Of a stretch of 64,000 nucleotides of DNA, positions 41,250 through 53,984 are shown one piece after another (the first letter of the stretch is position 1; each line of letters opens with the position of its first letter). The stretch comes from Octopus sinensis. Lineage: Eukaryota. A program made the translations under genes and the position numbers. The stretch spans positions 8,120 through 72,119 of the forward strand of contig NW_021836299.1 of the NCBI RefSeq assembly GCF_006345805.1, in the 5' to 3' direction. Under the pieces are notes generated by a model. The model was not told where the DNA came from. It was given only the letters and a program-made list of their open reading frames with translations, and made no database searches.

Positions 41250-42200
41250 ACGGCGCCACGCTTTGAGGCTGTCGCACCTACAGAAATATCTAAATCATTG
41301 TAATGATATAGACGACGACGACGAAAACAAAAGCGAACCTGTGTGGGCGTCTTTCATGCGACACGTCTTTCTGCAGCTCATCTCATTGACAGAGCTGCAG
41401 TCACGGGTCAAACGTATACCAAGGTTGGGCGTTTGGCACCTAGGATGTTGCGAGGCGCTCGCTGCATTATACCAGCTGCCGCCCAAAACCGTGAGCGGGA
41501 AAACAACCCAAGATTTCTATAGGGTCTTGTTGAGGGTATGAGTGATAATAGCCTGGGATTGTATCTAGGCATCGACAAGAACAGTCTGAGAAGAATCTTT
41601 CAGAGAAAATTCGGGTCGAAGATCATGGGCAATTTCCAAAAGTTTTTGGTTTGGCAATGCTACAAAGAGGCATTGCCCGTTCGAGAAAAGCCCTTCAGGC
41701 ACGGATGTGCGAACATCCGAACCTGCTCTATATGCCTGCAAGGTGATGAAAACGTCTGAGAGTTATGGGATTGTGTGGAGCAACTGGTATCGCATGTAAA
41801 ACGAATTCAGCAGTTTGCCGAGTGTATAGTGAAAATGAACGCACCACCTTCCAGAGAAGGAAGATTTTTCTCTGTTTAGTGGCTGTGACAAAAGGGGCTG
41901 TGTGGTGGACCCATCTGAAAAGTTTGAGGACATGCACATTCCTATCTGGTTAAGCCCTCATCAATTTCTTCAAATCTCATTTGAAGAGGAAGGTGAGGGT
42001 AGAGAGGGAGGTGTTGCCTTCTAGTATGTTCATTCAAAGGTGGCCGACGGTGTCAAGTCTGGTGAGACTGATTGGATCTACTCTGAATATGCTTTTCTAA
42101 GCAGGAGGAAAGAGACTGGAAGAGGGCACTTTCCAATGTCTGGGAGATGGCAGAGTAATCCGGGATTTTTGTATGGGGTTTAACCCGGATTACCCTACTT
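41250..42200 (+). mobile_element. L1/Tx1-clade LINE, 3' fragment (post-RT zinc-binding region and 3' UTR)
   Basis: KFLVWQCYKEALPVREK...TCSICLQGDENV, AVWWTHLK, ALINFFKSHLKRKVRVERE; frameshifted. Confidence 0.65.
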
Positions 42201-42988
42201 ATTTATTTAATTATTTCCCTACTTTCTATAATATATACTCTGTTATATTCTTTAATGTTATAGTCTCTCCCCTTGACTGATGGTAACCCCGCATGTATTT
42301 TGTAATTTTTTGTGCTGTAACTCCTCCTTCGATATTGTGCTCCATGTCATCGGATCCTGTGAGCAATAAAAGAAATCAGTATCATCACTATTGAGTGATA
42401 GAGCAGTGTATGCCATCAAGGTGACACTGGGGTAAAATATACAAAGCTCAGTATACCCATGATGACTACCCATCTGACATGTATCACAACGATATATGCG
42501 CGACATGGTGAACTCACATCAGGATAAGCAGCACATGACCCTGCAGGTGGGGGCACAGTTAGAATTTTCTTCACGTCGAGTAGTCCACTCCGCTCAAAAG
42601 GGCCCTGAATAAGGGATGTTTAAGGATGTTGAATGAAACACCCATGTTTCCAGATGTGAATTATTCAAACCTCCAACAATTTCTCTCAACACACGGTTAT
42701 GATACTCCCCCACTATTTCTACTTGTGATCAGAAATGCACATAACGTCAGCCACTAAGGGACATGGCCAACTGGTTAAGATAAAACGACTGACAAACAAA
42801 TCTGTTGTATTGAGCAGAATATTTGCTGTAGGTCATCTTTTATACCAAGACAAAACAATGTACGTACATAACACCTCCAATCAGTTAATATCAGAAGCCA
42901 TGAGAGCCAGTGCCTGGTACTGCATCAAGGCATAGTGCTATTTGGGCATTATATAACAACAACAACAACAATGATAATAATAATAATA

Positions 42989-43020
<32 letters not shown>

Positions 43021-43125
43021 TTAATAATAATAATGATGATGATGACGATGACGATAACGATGACGATGATGATGATGATGATGATGATGATAATAATAAT
43101 AATAATGATAATAATAATAATAATG

Positions 43126-43185
<60 letters not shown>

Positions 43186-43186
<1 letters not shown>

Positions 43187-43684
43187 GGACACCGGGGACG
43201 TTTAAGAGGACACCGGGGACGTTTAAGAGGACACCGGGGACGTTTAAGAGGACACCGGGGACGTTTAAGAGACACCGGGGACGTTTAAGAGGACACCGGG
43301 GACGTTTAAGAGGACACCGGGGACGTTTAAGGACACCGGGGACGTTTAAGAGGACACCGGGGACGTTTAAGAGGACACCGGGGACGTTTAAGAGGACACC
43401 GGGGACGTTTAAGAGGACACCGGGGACGTTAAGAGGACACCGGGGACGTTTAGAGGACACCGGGGACGTTTAAGAGGACACCGGGGACGTTTAAGAGACA
43501 CCGGGGACGTTTAAGAGGACACCGGGGACGTTTAAGAGGACACCGGGGACGTTTAAGAGGACACCGGGGACGTTTAAGATGTAGGACACCGGGGACGTTT
43601 AAGATGTAAGGACACCGGGGACGTTTAAGATGTAGGACACCGGGGACGTTTAAGATGTAGGACACCGGGGACGTTTAAGATGTA
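43186..43684 (+). repeat. Tandem array of 23 copies of AGGACACCGGGGACGTTTAAG at the 5' end of the Dong element
   Basis: Counted unit by unit. The first 18 units are 20-21 bp; the last five are each followed by ATGT(A), which is the start of the downstream unique sequence. Confidence 0.95.
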
Positions 43685-43881
43685 AGAAGGAAAATACAGA
43701 GCTCCGAAATCTATCCACAAACATCCAAAACAAGGACACCCTATGGAGCCAAAAATTTACTAACAAAGAATTGGACTATATCCGAGTAAGTAATACTAAT
43801 TGAAATTTATTACTATTTTCGAAACGAAATGATGTATTTTGACTCGATATTATCTCCACCTCTAACACAACACATGTAAAC

Positions 43882-46800
43882 ATGCATGGAACAACACGAT
43901 CATCCCCGACCTCAAACACCATGTACAAAGGAACTACGAAGAAATTAAATGCCACCGATACTATTCAACCCAAGAATAACAATCGAGCGGTACGTACATT
44001 AAACCTACAACAAAAAATGTACGAAAAACTACACGTGCGAAATAATGTGACAACAGAAATAAACGGACCGGTACCCTACGAAAATGACGACCGTCAAAAT
44101 AATGGGCCGGACGTTGTACCTCATGTCCCGCAATTAAAACCCAAAAGACGTAAATGGACACGTGAGGAATACATTTCTATCTTACACGCATACTTCACAG
44201 CAATGCTCTACCCACAAAATGAAAATACAACAACACATACATATAAAATATGGAAGGAAAATAATAGAGATATAGACTTGGATACAGCAATGAACCTAAT
44301 AAATTAGCTAACGTACGAAGATACATTCTCAAAGCCAAAAAAATATCAGAAATAGAAATAGAACATTTAAAAGAAAAAATACACCAGGAAAATGTAGATA
44401 GAAGCCACACAACAATGCCCAATAATATAAACACTGAAACTGTAAAACACGAAGACAAACGCAACATTCCCAACAAACACGATATAAACAACGAAGGGGA
44501 GCCTAATGATTATGATAATATAAAAAATAAAATAATCAAAGAACTAAAAACCACAGAGCTCAAAATGGACCACCGACCATACCTCCCAAGAATAAAAATA
44601 AACGCAATAACAACACCAATTATAAACAACATAAACCTAGCCGTCACTGAACTAGCCACTGAAACAAAAAAAAGTGATATCACTGAACTAAATGACTTGA
44701 TATACGTAGCAGCCACTGCAGCCACAAAAGAAGCTGGATACTGACCCAAACCCGCCCAAACAGGAGTACCACCACCCAAACAAACCCTGTGGATAAATAA
44801 CATCCAAAACAAAATCAAAAAAATTAGAAAAGACCTGTCGATTCTTAATGAAATCAGCAAACAAGCAACGCTACTGAGCAACAAAAAGAGAACAAAAATG
44901 CTCCGCAAATATAACATCACAGAAAAAGATTTGCCGGAGATAAAAGAAAAGCTGAAGCAAGATATCCTTGCCAAAGCTCAAAGGATCCGCCGGTACGAGA
45001 AACGCCAACGCTTCTTTGAACAGAACAAAAAGTTCAACTCCGACCCCAAAAAGTTCTACCAAGAACTGGGAAAAAATAAAATAGAAGTCACTGCAGCACC
45101 AACGGCAGAAGAATTGGAAGAATTCTGGAAAGAAATATGGTCGGCGAACGAACAGCCAAAAAAAAGGAGTATGAAATAACAAACTCGGCATCTGAACAAC
45201 TTTGGACCCCCATAACAACTGAAGAGGTCACCCAGGCACTGCAAAAACTAAGCAACTGGAAGGCACCTGGGCATGACAAGATCCCCAACTTCTGGTTGAA
45301 ATATCTAACAGGAATGCACAAAAAGCTGGCTGAAAACTTTAACAGCATACTAGCAGAGCCAGAGACAATGCCTGAATGGCTAACGAAGGGGAAAACCATC
45401 TTAATTCCCAAATCAAATGAAACAACAAAACCAACAAACTACAGACCAATAACCTGCCTCCCTACTATGTTCAAGGCATTTACTGCAGTGATATCGCAAA
45501 GGCTGAACAAGCACCTGGACGAAAACAAACTGTTCCCAGAAGAGCAGAAAGGATGCCGCAAGGGCTCATATGGCTGTAAAGATCAACTAATGATTAATAA
45601 AGCCGTAACTGAAGACAGCCACAGAAAGAAGAAAGGCCTCAGTATGGCCTGGATTGACTACAAAAAGGCGTTTGATAGCATCCCCCACACATGGATCCTC
45701 GAAACACTAGCCATTAACAAAGTAGCACCAACAATCATAAAATTCATAGAGCACTCTATGAATAAATGGCAAACAGTCCTACACCTCCAAACAAAAGAGG
45801 GACTCATGAAAACCAAAGACATCCCCATTAGAAGAGGAATATTCCAGGGAGACACGCTCTCTCCACTCCTTTTCTGCTTGGCACTGTCACTTCTATCTGA
45901 TATGCTAAATAGAACTGGATGCGGATATAAATGTTACGGCAAAACGATCAGCTACCTTTTATATATGGATGACCTAAAACTATACGCTGCAAATGACAAA
46001 CAGCTGGAAACACTATTAAAGACAGTTCATTGATTTACCAAAGAAATAGATATGAAATTTGGATTAGAAAAATGCGCCAAAGTAACCATGAAAAGAGGAA
46101 AACTAGTTAAGAGTAACAACATCACACTAGATAAAACCAATGAAATAAAAGAATTAGACCAAAGCCAAACTTACAAATACTTAGGAATCCATGAACTAGA
46201 TAAGACACAACACACACAAATGAAAGAGAAAATAAAAAAAGAATATTATAGACGAGTTAGATCAATACTAAAAACAGAGCTCAATGCTAAAAACAAGATA
46301 ATAGGTATCAACACTTTAGCTGTCCCAGTTATAAGTTACAGCTACAATATCCTTAACTGGACACGAAATGAACTGTCCAAAATAGATAGGAAAACAAGAA
46401 AAATACTGACAGGATCTAGGATGCATCACCCAAAATCTGACATAGAAAGACTATATATACAACGTATAGAAGGTGGTAGAGGCCTTATACAGCTGGAAAA
46501 CTACTATAAAATAACCACCATAGGACTGCAAAAATACCTACTTCAGAAGGAAGGAAAACTGATCCAGATAGCAGCAAAACACGAGCAAAACAAAAAACTG
46601 TTCTCAGTATTTAAGGAAGCTGACAAATACAACAAGAAATCATACCACCTAATAAACACAAAGAAGAAGAAGAAGATGATGAAAAACAACAAAAGCTATA
46701 AAACAAATGAAATCCAAACTAAAAATAGAACAGCAACGAGCCATGATAAAACGATGGCAAGAAAAGCCCCTTCATGGTAAATACTGGACTAAACTAAACG

Positions 46801-47522
46801 CAAAAGAAATAGACAAAGAAAAATCCCAGCAATGGTTGAGAAGCTCAGGACTCAAAGCAGAAACAGAGGGATTTTTAATTGCAGCACAAGACCAAAGCCT
46901 CCCCACCAGAAATTACCAAAAACATGTAATGAAAAGAAATATTACAAGTAACTGCAGAATATGTGGAGATGGACAAGAAACAATAAATCATATTATCTCT
47001 AGCTGCCCAGTCCTGGCTAAGAAGGAATATATTCACAGACATGACAGAGTTGGAACCTACATACATTGGAAGCTATGCCAACATTATGGAATAACAACAG
47101 AAAAAAGATGGTATAGGCACACACCAGAAAAGGTCACAGAAAACGAGAAAGCAACCATACTCTGGGATATGCCGATACACACAGATAGAGAAATTAAGGC
47201 CAACAGACCAGATATAGTTGTCAGAGATCATGAAGAAAAAAAATGCTTTCTAATTGATGTATCAATACCGGCAGATGACAACGTGTCTCTAAAAGAAATG
47301 GAGAAACTCTCAAAATACAAAGACCTGGAAATAGAGGTAACTAGAATGTGGAACCTGAAAACAGAAACAATTCCTATCATAGTAGGTGCATTAGGCATGA
47401 TAAAAAAATATTCAGACAAATACATAACAAAAACACCAGGACTTACAAACACATATAACATACAGAAAATTGCACTACTAGGCACTGCACACATCCTACG
47501 CAGAACACTTTCCATACAATAA
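43882..47522 (+). pseudogene. Dong/R4 polyprotein (~1,214 aa when repaired): N-terminal RRKWTREE domain, RT, CCHC knuckle, PD-(D/E)xK endonuclease
   Basis: NWKAPGHD, NYRPITCLPT, WIDYKKAFDSIPH, GIFQGDTLSPLLF, YMDDLKLY, CRICGDGQETINHIISSC, RHD, RPDIVV...IDVSIP...KLSKYKDL. Four 1-nt deletions (~44295, ~45165, ~46630, ~46684) and two in-frame TGA (44742, 46031). Confidence 0.92.
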
Positions 47523-47616
47523 CCATCGGAGCATCACAACAAATCACAGCACATACCCAAGGCACACAGAGCTGCGCTCGGTAGTGAAGTGAAAGCACGC
47601 TATAAAAATAAAACTA

Positions 47617-47649
<33 letters not shown>

Positions 47650-48010
47650 TGCTGCCAGTATACAATCCATGCGATTGAGAATAACTTCCTTCTTCGCTTC
47701 CAGGAATCCCTATTGAGGGTTATGAGCACTGCTCTGCCTCTTGACAAACGATAGAAAAATAATATGAATGGGTACTTTTTTTCCCCATATGTATTTTTTT
47801 CCCTGTCCTGCATTCAAGCTAGGTCAGCGACCGAGAATAATTTCCTTCCTTCTTGGCATCTAAGAATCCCTGTTAAGGGTTATGGGCTCTGCTTTTCTTC
47901 TTGATAAACGTTAGAAAAATGATAATGTAAATCGTTTTTTTCTCCCCCTTGAAGCCAATGGGCGAAAAATCAATGTGTTGTGGAATATGATGCAAGTGAA
48001 GGCAGAAAAC

Positions 48011-48150
48011 TACCAGGGTCGTCCGAAAAGTTCCCAGACCGACTAACATATTCTCATGGATTGTGACCAAACGTGGGTTATTTTTTAATATAGCCCCACT
48101 TGCGGTCCATACACTTCTTCATCGGTGATGCAGTACTTGGATCCCAGAGG
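48011..48150 (-). mobile_element. Mariner transposon 3' end with terminal inverted repeat
   Basis: TA-CCAGGGTCGTCCGAAAAGTT terminus; minus strand reads KKCMDRKWGYIKK*, the mariner KCxxxxGxYxEK* tail. Confidence 0.65.
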
Positions 48151-48816
48151 TGAAGAATCTTTCAGAGAGACAGACGAGAAATGTTTGCTTCTTCATTGTT
48201 ATTCTTGTCATTGTTGTTGTCGTTCCGTCGCTTCGTCTTCATCGACCAGACACTTGATCAAAGCTATTTCAGGGATAATCACATTGGTCACTTAATATAA
48301 GAAGGACCACACTTTCATTTGTTCTCCCTATATTTACGACTGCCTTGTTATATTTCAGTGAGATTTTGTTGCTATATCTAAGACAAGTATATATATCTAA
48401 GACTGAGTATATTGAAATTCGTTCGTTATCTTATAGACTAAGTGCAACGTCAAGAAATATTTATCTCGTATCTAGCATCAGATGTCGGCATAGGATTGAT
48501 GTTGAGGATAAAGTAGAAAGAATGATTAGAAAGTAATAAATTAACAGATGAAATGATGTGATCCATAGCACGGGAAGCTTAAGACTGATAACAAATAGCT
48601 GGGATCAATCTTGGAATCAATTGTCCAATAAAGGGAAATAACTAAATACCGACTATGTAATTTGGAATATGCTGTTCTAACGACAGTTGTCTTATAAGTA
48701 ACTCCTCGGTTCGGCAGAAGTGTCGGATAAAATAACTACTATGCTTAAAAGAAATAAATCCTGAGATCTATTTGTTCGACTAAAACCCTTCAAGACATTG
48801 GGAAAATTTTTCAAAC

Positions 48817-49260
48817 GTCTGCCGTTACGTTCTGAGTTCAAATTCCGCCGAGGTCGACTTTGCCTTTCATCCTTTCGGGGTCGATAAATTAAGTACCAGT
48901 TACGCATTGGGGTCGTTGTAATCGACTTAATCCGTTTTTCTGTCCTTGTTTGTCCCCTCTGTGTTTAGCCCCTTGTAGGTAGTAAAGAAATAGATATTTT
49001 TTCTTCTGCCTTAACGTTCTGAGTTTAAATTCCACCGAGGTCTACTCTGTCTTTCGTCCTTTCGAGGTCGATAAAATAAATACCAGTTGAGCACTGGGGT
49101 CGATGCAATCAAATTACACCTCCCCCTAGCAAATTTCTTGTGCCTACAGCAGAAAGGATTATTAATCATCTCGAGACGGTGAGCTAGCAGAATCTTTAGC
49201 ACCCCAGGCAAAATGCTTAGCTGAATTTCACCTGTCTTTACGTTGTGAGTTCAAATTGCC
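48817..49260 (+). mobile_element. SINE C cluster: two headless bodies in tandem (long tail, then short tail) followed by a head fragment
   Basis: Both bodies begin at TCTGCC(G/T)T(T/A)ACGTTCTGAG. Confidence 0.85.
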
Positions 49261-49299
49261 AACATTCTGAGGTCTTTTACAGAGCTTAGGAGAACTAAA

Positions 49300-49630
49300 G
49301 AAGCGATGCAATAAGGGTCTGTACCTGTTTTTTCCTTCTCGGGCCACGCCTGGCTCATAAGGGCCAGTTTCCCGCTTTCCTTGGTGTATAGGTTCCCCAC
49401 CTGGACGGGACGCCGGTCCGTCGCAGGTGAGCTGCAAGATGCAGGAGAGAAGAGTGAGAAAAAGTTGTGGCGAAAGAGTCAGCAGAAGTTCGCCATTACC
49501 TTCTGCCGGAGCCGCGTTGAGCTTAGGTGTTTCACTCATAAACACACACACGGGCCAGTCTGAGATTCGAACCCGCGATCCGTCGACCGCCAGTCCGCTG
49601 CTCCAACCACTAGGCTATCTGCCACCACAT
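49300..49630 (-). mobile_element. SINE: H1-like head + tail T3
   Basis: Minus strand TAGCCTAGTGGTTGGAGCAGCGGACTGGCGG...GGGTTCGAATC, the H1 central block, then GCGACGGACCGGCGTCCCGTCCAGG... Confidence 0.75.
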
Positions 49631-49632
49631 CT

Positions 49633-49723
49633 ATACCTGAGAGGGAAATATATTGAATAAAATCAGTCATCCTCCTGTATTGTCTTTTACCCAAAGCCAA
49701 GAACTTTTCAGCTTTCCCTCGTA
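49633..49723 (+). mobile_element. Mariner 3' end
   Basis: LRGKYIE*, then TIR AAGAACTTTTCAGCTTTCCCTCG-TA. Confidence 0.6.
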
Positions 49724-50297
49724 TAAAATTGACTAATGTTTCCACTCAAAGTTTTTGACTCAGTAAAATTATTAATTATCCACTTTTCCATTGGTGTATA
49801 ATTGGTGAGACACAGATGAATCAAGGAGCGAGAGCTAGTCTACGAAATATGAGCATTCTGTCCATCTCATTCAGGCCATTACCAAAAAGACCTTATATTA
49901 CTTTTCTCCTTTTCTTCTTTCTTTTTTCCATTCTTCCAACTCTTCAATTCTCACTTTCGTTTTCCATTTTGTCTCCCCTTCATTTGTTCCCTTCCACCGT
50001 TTCGTCTCTCTTCCCTTCATCCGTTTTCTGCATCCTTCCTTCCTTCATCCCTTCCTTCCTTCCGTTTTTCCCTCACCACGATTCTGCCAGTCATCTATTC
50101 TACTTCCGATGCTGATTTTTAGTTCTGCACCCCTTCTCTTCACTGTCTTTACACTCTCCTACCCACCCTGCGCACATGACACCCACTCCTTTGCCTCATT
50201 TCAGGCTCTTTTAAAGTTTGACGCCCATGTACATTCACATATGCAGGTGGGCGCACTCGCACAAATGTATATGGATATATGCTTACATTCATGCTTG

Positions 50298-50515
50298 TAC
50301 GAAGGGGTGTTCAAAAGTTCGTGGCTGTAACGGTATCGCGAAACATCTGGCTGGAGACATAACCTTCCAAGTTCTTTGACAGGGCTTAGAAAAATTGATG
50401 GGCCGCTGCAATAAGTCTATGAATCTGAGAGGAGAATATTTTGAATAAAATCATAATTAACAGATTTTTCTGTATTTTCTTTTACCCAAAGCGAGGAAGG
50501 TTTCCGCACACCGTT
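50298..50515 (+). mobile_element. Internally deleted mariner derivative
   Basis: TA-CGAAGGGGTGTTCAAAAGTTC TIR, then GLEKLMGRCNKSMNLRGEYFE*; the 3' part resembles 49633-49723. Confidence 0.65.
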
Positions 50516-50671
50516 GCATGTATATGCTTCTGTGGTAAAAAAAAAATTAGCTTCCTAACCATACGGTTCCAGATTTCAGTCTTCAGACATCTTCGGCAAG
50601 TCACTTCTATAGCCTCGAACCGACCAAAACATTGTGAGTGGATTTGTTAGACCAAAACCGAAAGAAGCTCA

Positions 50672-50721
<50 letters not shown>

Positions 50722-50727
50722 GTATAT

Positions 50728-50776
<49 letters not shown>

Positions 50777-50890
50777 GTATATATATATAGGTACACACAC
50801 ATACAAATATATATGCGTGTATGTGAGTTTGACGACCAATGTTGTTATCTTAGCGTCCGCATAACTTAGCGGTTCAGCAAAAGACACCGC
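50516..50890 (+). mobile_element. Degenerate SINE family B with an expanded internal microsatellite
   Basis: Head remnant, (CA)n(TA)n at 50673-50830, tail remnant. Confidence 0.7.
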
Positions 50891-51506
50891 TAGTATTTAT
50901 CCTATCGATCTCTTTTGCCAACACCGGTTGTAAGCGGTGATGACGAACAAACATATATACAAAGATACGCACACACATTTATACATACATAGATACAAGC
51001 ATACATACATACATGCACATAAACACCCGTACAAACACACACGCACAGACATATATACTATATACATACATATATAGATATATATTTATATGTGTCTGTG
51101 CGCGCGCATGCGCCTGTGTGTACGTAATAAACTACATAGCGTCTATATTTCGCGAAAGTAAACTAATTTGTAGAAAACTAATTATGTGCAGTTATATTTA
51201 GTTTCACACAACAACCGCAATAAATATATTGGAATCTATGTGATGTCAAATTATTTCAAACCCTCTGACTGATATATTCAATATTTATTGACAAACAAAT
51301 GTCTATACATAACACAGCAGGGTAAATACTTATTTAGGAGTACTTTCTCCAAAATTTAATTGAAATCACATGAATGAAAGCAACTTCAACTCAAACACAC
51401 AGGGAACCTCTCACACATACACACACGGCTACATACACGCACACACGCTGACGTACCAAGATGCACACAAATACACAGACACGCACCCTGGGTTATCTGT
51501 ATGTCT

Positions 51507-51574
<68 letters not shown>

Positions 51575-51834
51575 ATCAAAATAAGCAACAAGGATATCCA
51601 GAGGTAATGCAGTACGATCGTTTCATGCGACTCCATTTATTTGAACAATGCAAATATTACATCAATTTAAAATGTAGAAAGCTCTAATTGAACTTTATGA
51701 ACATTATTAAATACGTTTTAATGTTTAACACACTTCAAGATCGGAAAGAACATTTTAAATACAATAATAAAAAGTGTGAAAACCATACCATGTTCAACTG
51801 GCATATAATTCTAGTCCCATTTACACAAATTCGC

Positions 51835-52035
51835 CGTGATAGATCGGTAGCCACTACACACAGTTTTTTCTCTCCATGTTTCTCTCCTTGTTTCTTTCTG
51901 TGTTCCTTTCTGTTGAAGAGCGTAGGCTCGAAACGTAAAATATTCTTTCTATTCCCGAGCGTTTTACTAAAACATGTTTGTTTTCTGCACCACCTGTCTT
52001 TGTCTTTTGTTTTTTCGTGAATTCTCCCTAGATAT
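51835..52035 (+). mobile_element. Penelope-type terminal-repeat fragment (same family as 38258-38450) with a hammerhead-like motif at 51907-51940
   Basis: CTTTCTGTTGAAGAGCGTAGGCTCGAAACGT is identical to the 38359-38396 copy; flanks are colinear. Confidence 0.7.
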
Positions 52036-52380
52036 TATGTTGAACCAATTTGACCCAATACGATTTTGTTCATATTTATTTTTCTTACAATAGCCAGGTT
52101 TTTGTGTCAAACTATCGTATCTCCAGCTGCTTCACATGACAAGATATCAAAATTTGTCAAAGTGTAGTACAACGGTTTTGCTATAGTATGGTGAAACCAT
52201 TTTTTCACTTTCTGGAAAAGCAAAGTTTTGGATCTACGACACTTTTGCATTAACAGCAACGATATATGTGCGTGTGTGTGTGTGTATGTGTGTATGTGTG
52301 TGTGTGTGCGCGTGTATATATATGTATGCATATATGTGTATATATATATTATATATATATATTATATATATTATATATAT

Positions 52381-52715
52381 ATAATTTACAATATAAGGGC
52401 AAAAGAAAAATTCTAATGCCAAATATGCCGAAAAAAGACAAAAATTGTCAATTAACCATTATAATTTATGTTTCTCGAAACAAACCGATAGAAATTTCTA
52501 AGAAATTCGTCATTACCGTATTGGACCAATTTCGGAGTTAATTCATAAGAATTTTCTCCTCTTCAGCGGCAAATACGCGAGATAAAATTGAAATACTTAC
52601 TCATACCCATGGAAAAAGCGAACACAAATATTATAATGGTTAATTGACAATTTTTGTCTTTCTTTTAGCATATTTGGCATTAGAATTTTACTTTTGCCCT
52701 TATATTGTAAATTAT
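52381..52715. mobile_element. MITE / foldback element with ~85-bp terminal inverted repeats
   Basis: 52381-52465 versus the reverse complement of 52630-52715 differ at only ~4 positions; ~165-bp spacer; the left end abuts (TA)n. Confidence 0.85.
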
Positions 52716-52802
52716 TTATAAATTTAACCTTTAAAGGTATTTTTTGATATGCTGGCCATTGATGAATTTTTTTTTCCCGAAAAAATTTTATCCTACACTA
52801 GT

Positions 52803-52837
<35 letters not shown>

Positions 52838-53002
52838 TTCGTTTTGGGATTTGGTTTGCAAGATTCTTTATGTGAGTTCGTGTGTTGGCATATCTGTTGT
52901 GTCTAACACCAAAAGAGAATGACTCTCCCCAGACACAACAGTATATATGTATATATATATACATATATATATATATAATATATATATATATATTATATAT
53001 AT

Positions 53003-53033
<31 letters not shown>

Positions 53034-53106
53034 GTATATATATATCTATAATATATATCTATATACATATTATAATATATATCCAGCTAGCTATATATAT
53101 ATATAT

Positions 53107-53158
<52 letters not shown>

Positions 53159-53189
53159 TATATAGATGGATGGATGTATATGTATATTC

Positions 53190-53332
53190 ACAGTTTTCAG
53201 CAACCATATTCATTCACAGGGCATTCGTCAACCTAGGGCAATGGTAAGGACATTTTCACAAGGTGTAGCGCGGTGGAACTGAACCCGAAACTACCAAGTT
53301 GCAAAGCAAAATTCTGAACGACACGGCCATGC
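53190..53332 (-). mobile_element. Degenerate SINE B head
   Basis: GGAACTGAACCCGAAAC...CACGGCCATGC. Confidence 0.65.
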
Positions 53333-53984
53333 ATTTAAAGACCAGAAGCAGATTTAAATAATTATACACGCTTGCATCAAATTTCAAACAAAAGTTTGCT
53401 ATCAAGATCATCAACACCCATACACATCAGCACACACACACACTAATACATGCCCACTAACACACACAAACATACACGTACACACACACATACACACATA
53501 CACACACGTACGCACATAAACGTACACTAACAAATTGGCTTAAGGACAATATGTTGATTTGAATAGATATTGTATAAACTTTAGTTAAGCAACAAAGAAT
53601 ATAAATATCACATGACACATGAAAGAAATTTCCTGTTGTCTACATCAAACAAACTTTACCCAGACATACACCTTTATACATTTCATCATCAATTATTTAC
53701 ATGATCCGTAATTTCCACTAAGATTATTGTCATGTTGTTGTTTAGACCATATCAGCCCTCATCTATTAGATTTATGATCAAAGCGGTTCCAGCCTTGACA
53801 AAAAGCTCTTTCTCAGGCATTGTGTCTATGATGGTTATCTTATCTGATGCATATTCTCTTTTAAAAGGTGTCGGAGAACGATTTGCGGGAATAGCGGCTC
53901 AAATGAGGGGAAGTTGGCCAAAAAAAAGAAGCTAACTTAGTCTTTTTAGTTTTGTTTTCATATCTGACCTCACATATTGTCATG

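Larger units (their letters stand above)
43186..47620 (+). mobile_element. R4/Dong-clade non-LTR retrotransposon, family B, near full length, flanked by (TAA)n
   Basis: Single long ORF, ~95-nt 3' UTR ending AAAACTACTG, (TAA)n at 42952-43185 and 47620-47650. Confidence 0.9.

Noticed and set aside
43186-43684. CRISPR-like array, or a coding RTPGTFK heptapeptide repeat (ORFs 42910-43473, 42891-43460)
   Set aside because: The units are contiguous with no unique spacers and there are no cas genes in this eukaryotic context. Frequent 1-nt and 4-nt length changes break any reading frame.
43690-43881. HDV-like ribozyme or intron in the Dong 5' UTR (a GTAAGT donor-like site at ~43786)
   Set aside because: I could not find a partner strand for a P1 helix starting GGACACC, nor an AG acceptor before the ATG. 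A covariance-model search would be needed.
44742-46033. All in-frame stops in the Dong copies are TGA (44742, 46031, ~3746, 4720), suggesting recoding or readthrough
   Set aside because: More simply explained by CGA>TGA or TGG>TGA point mutations in decaying copies; the 4720 stop sits at a Trp that is conserved in family B (RMWNL).
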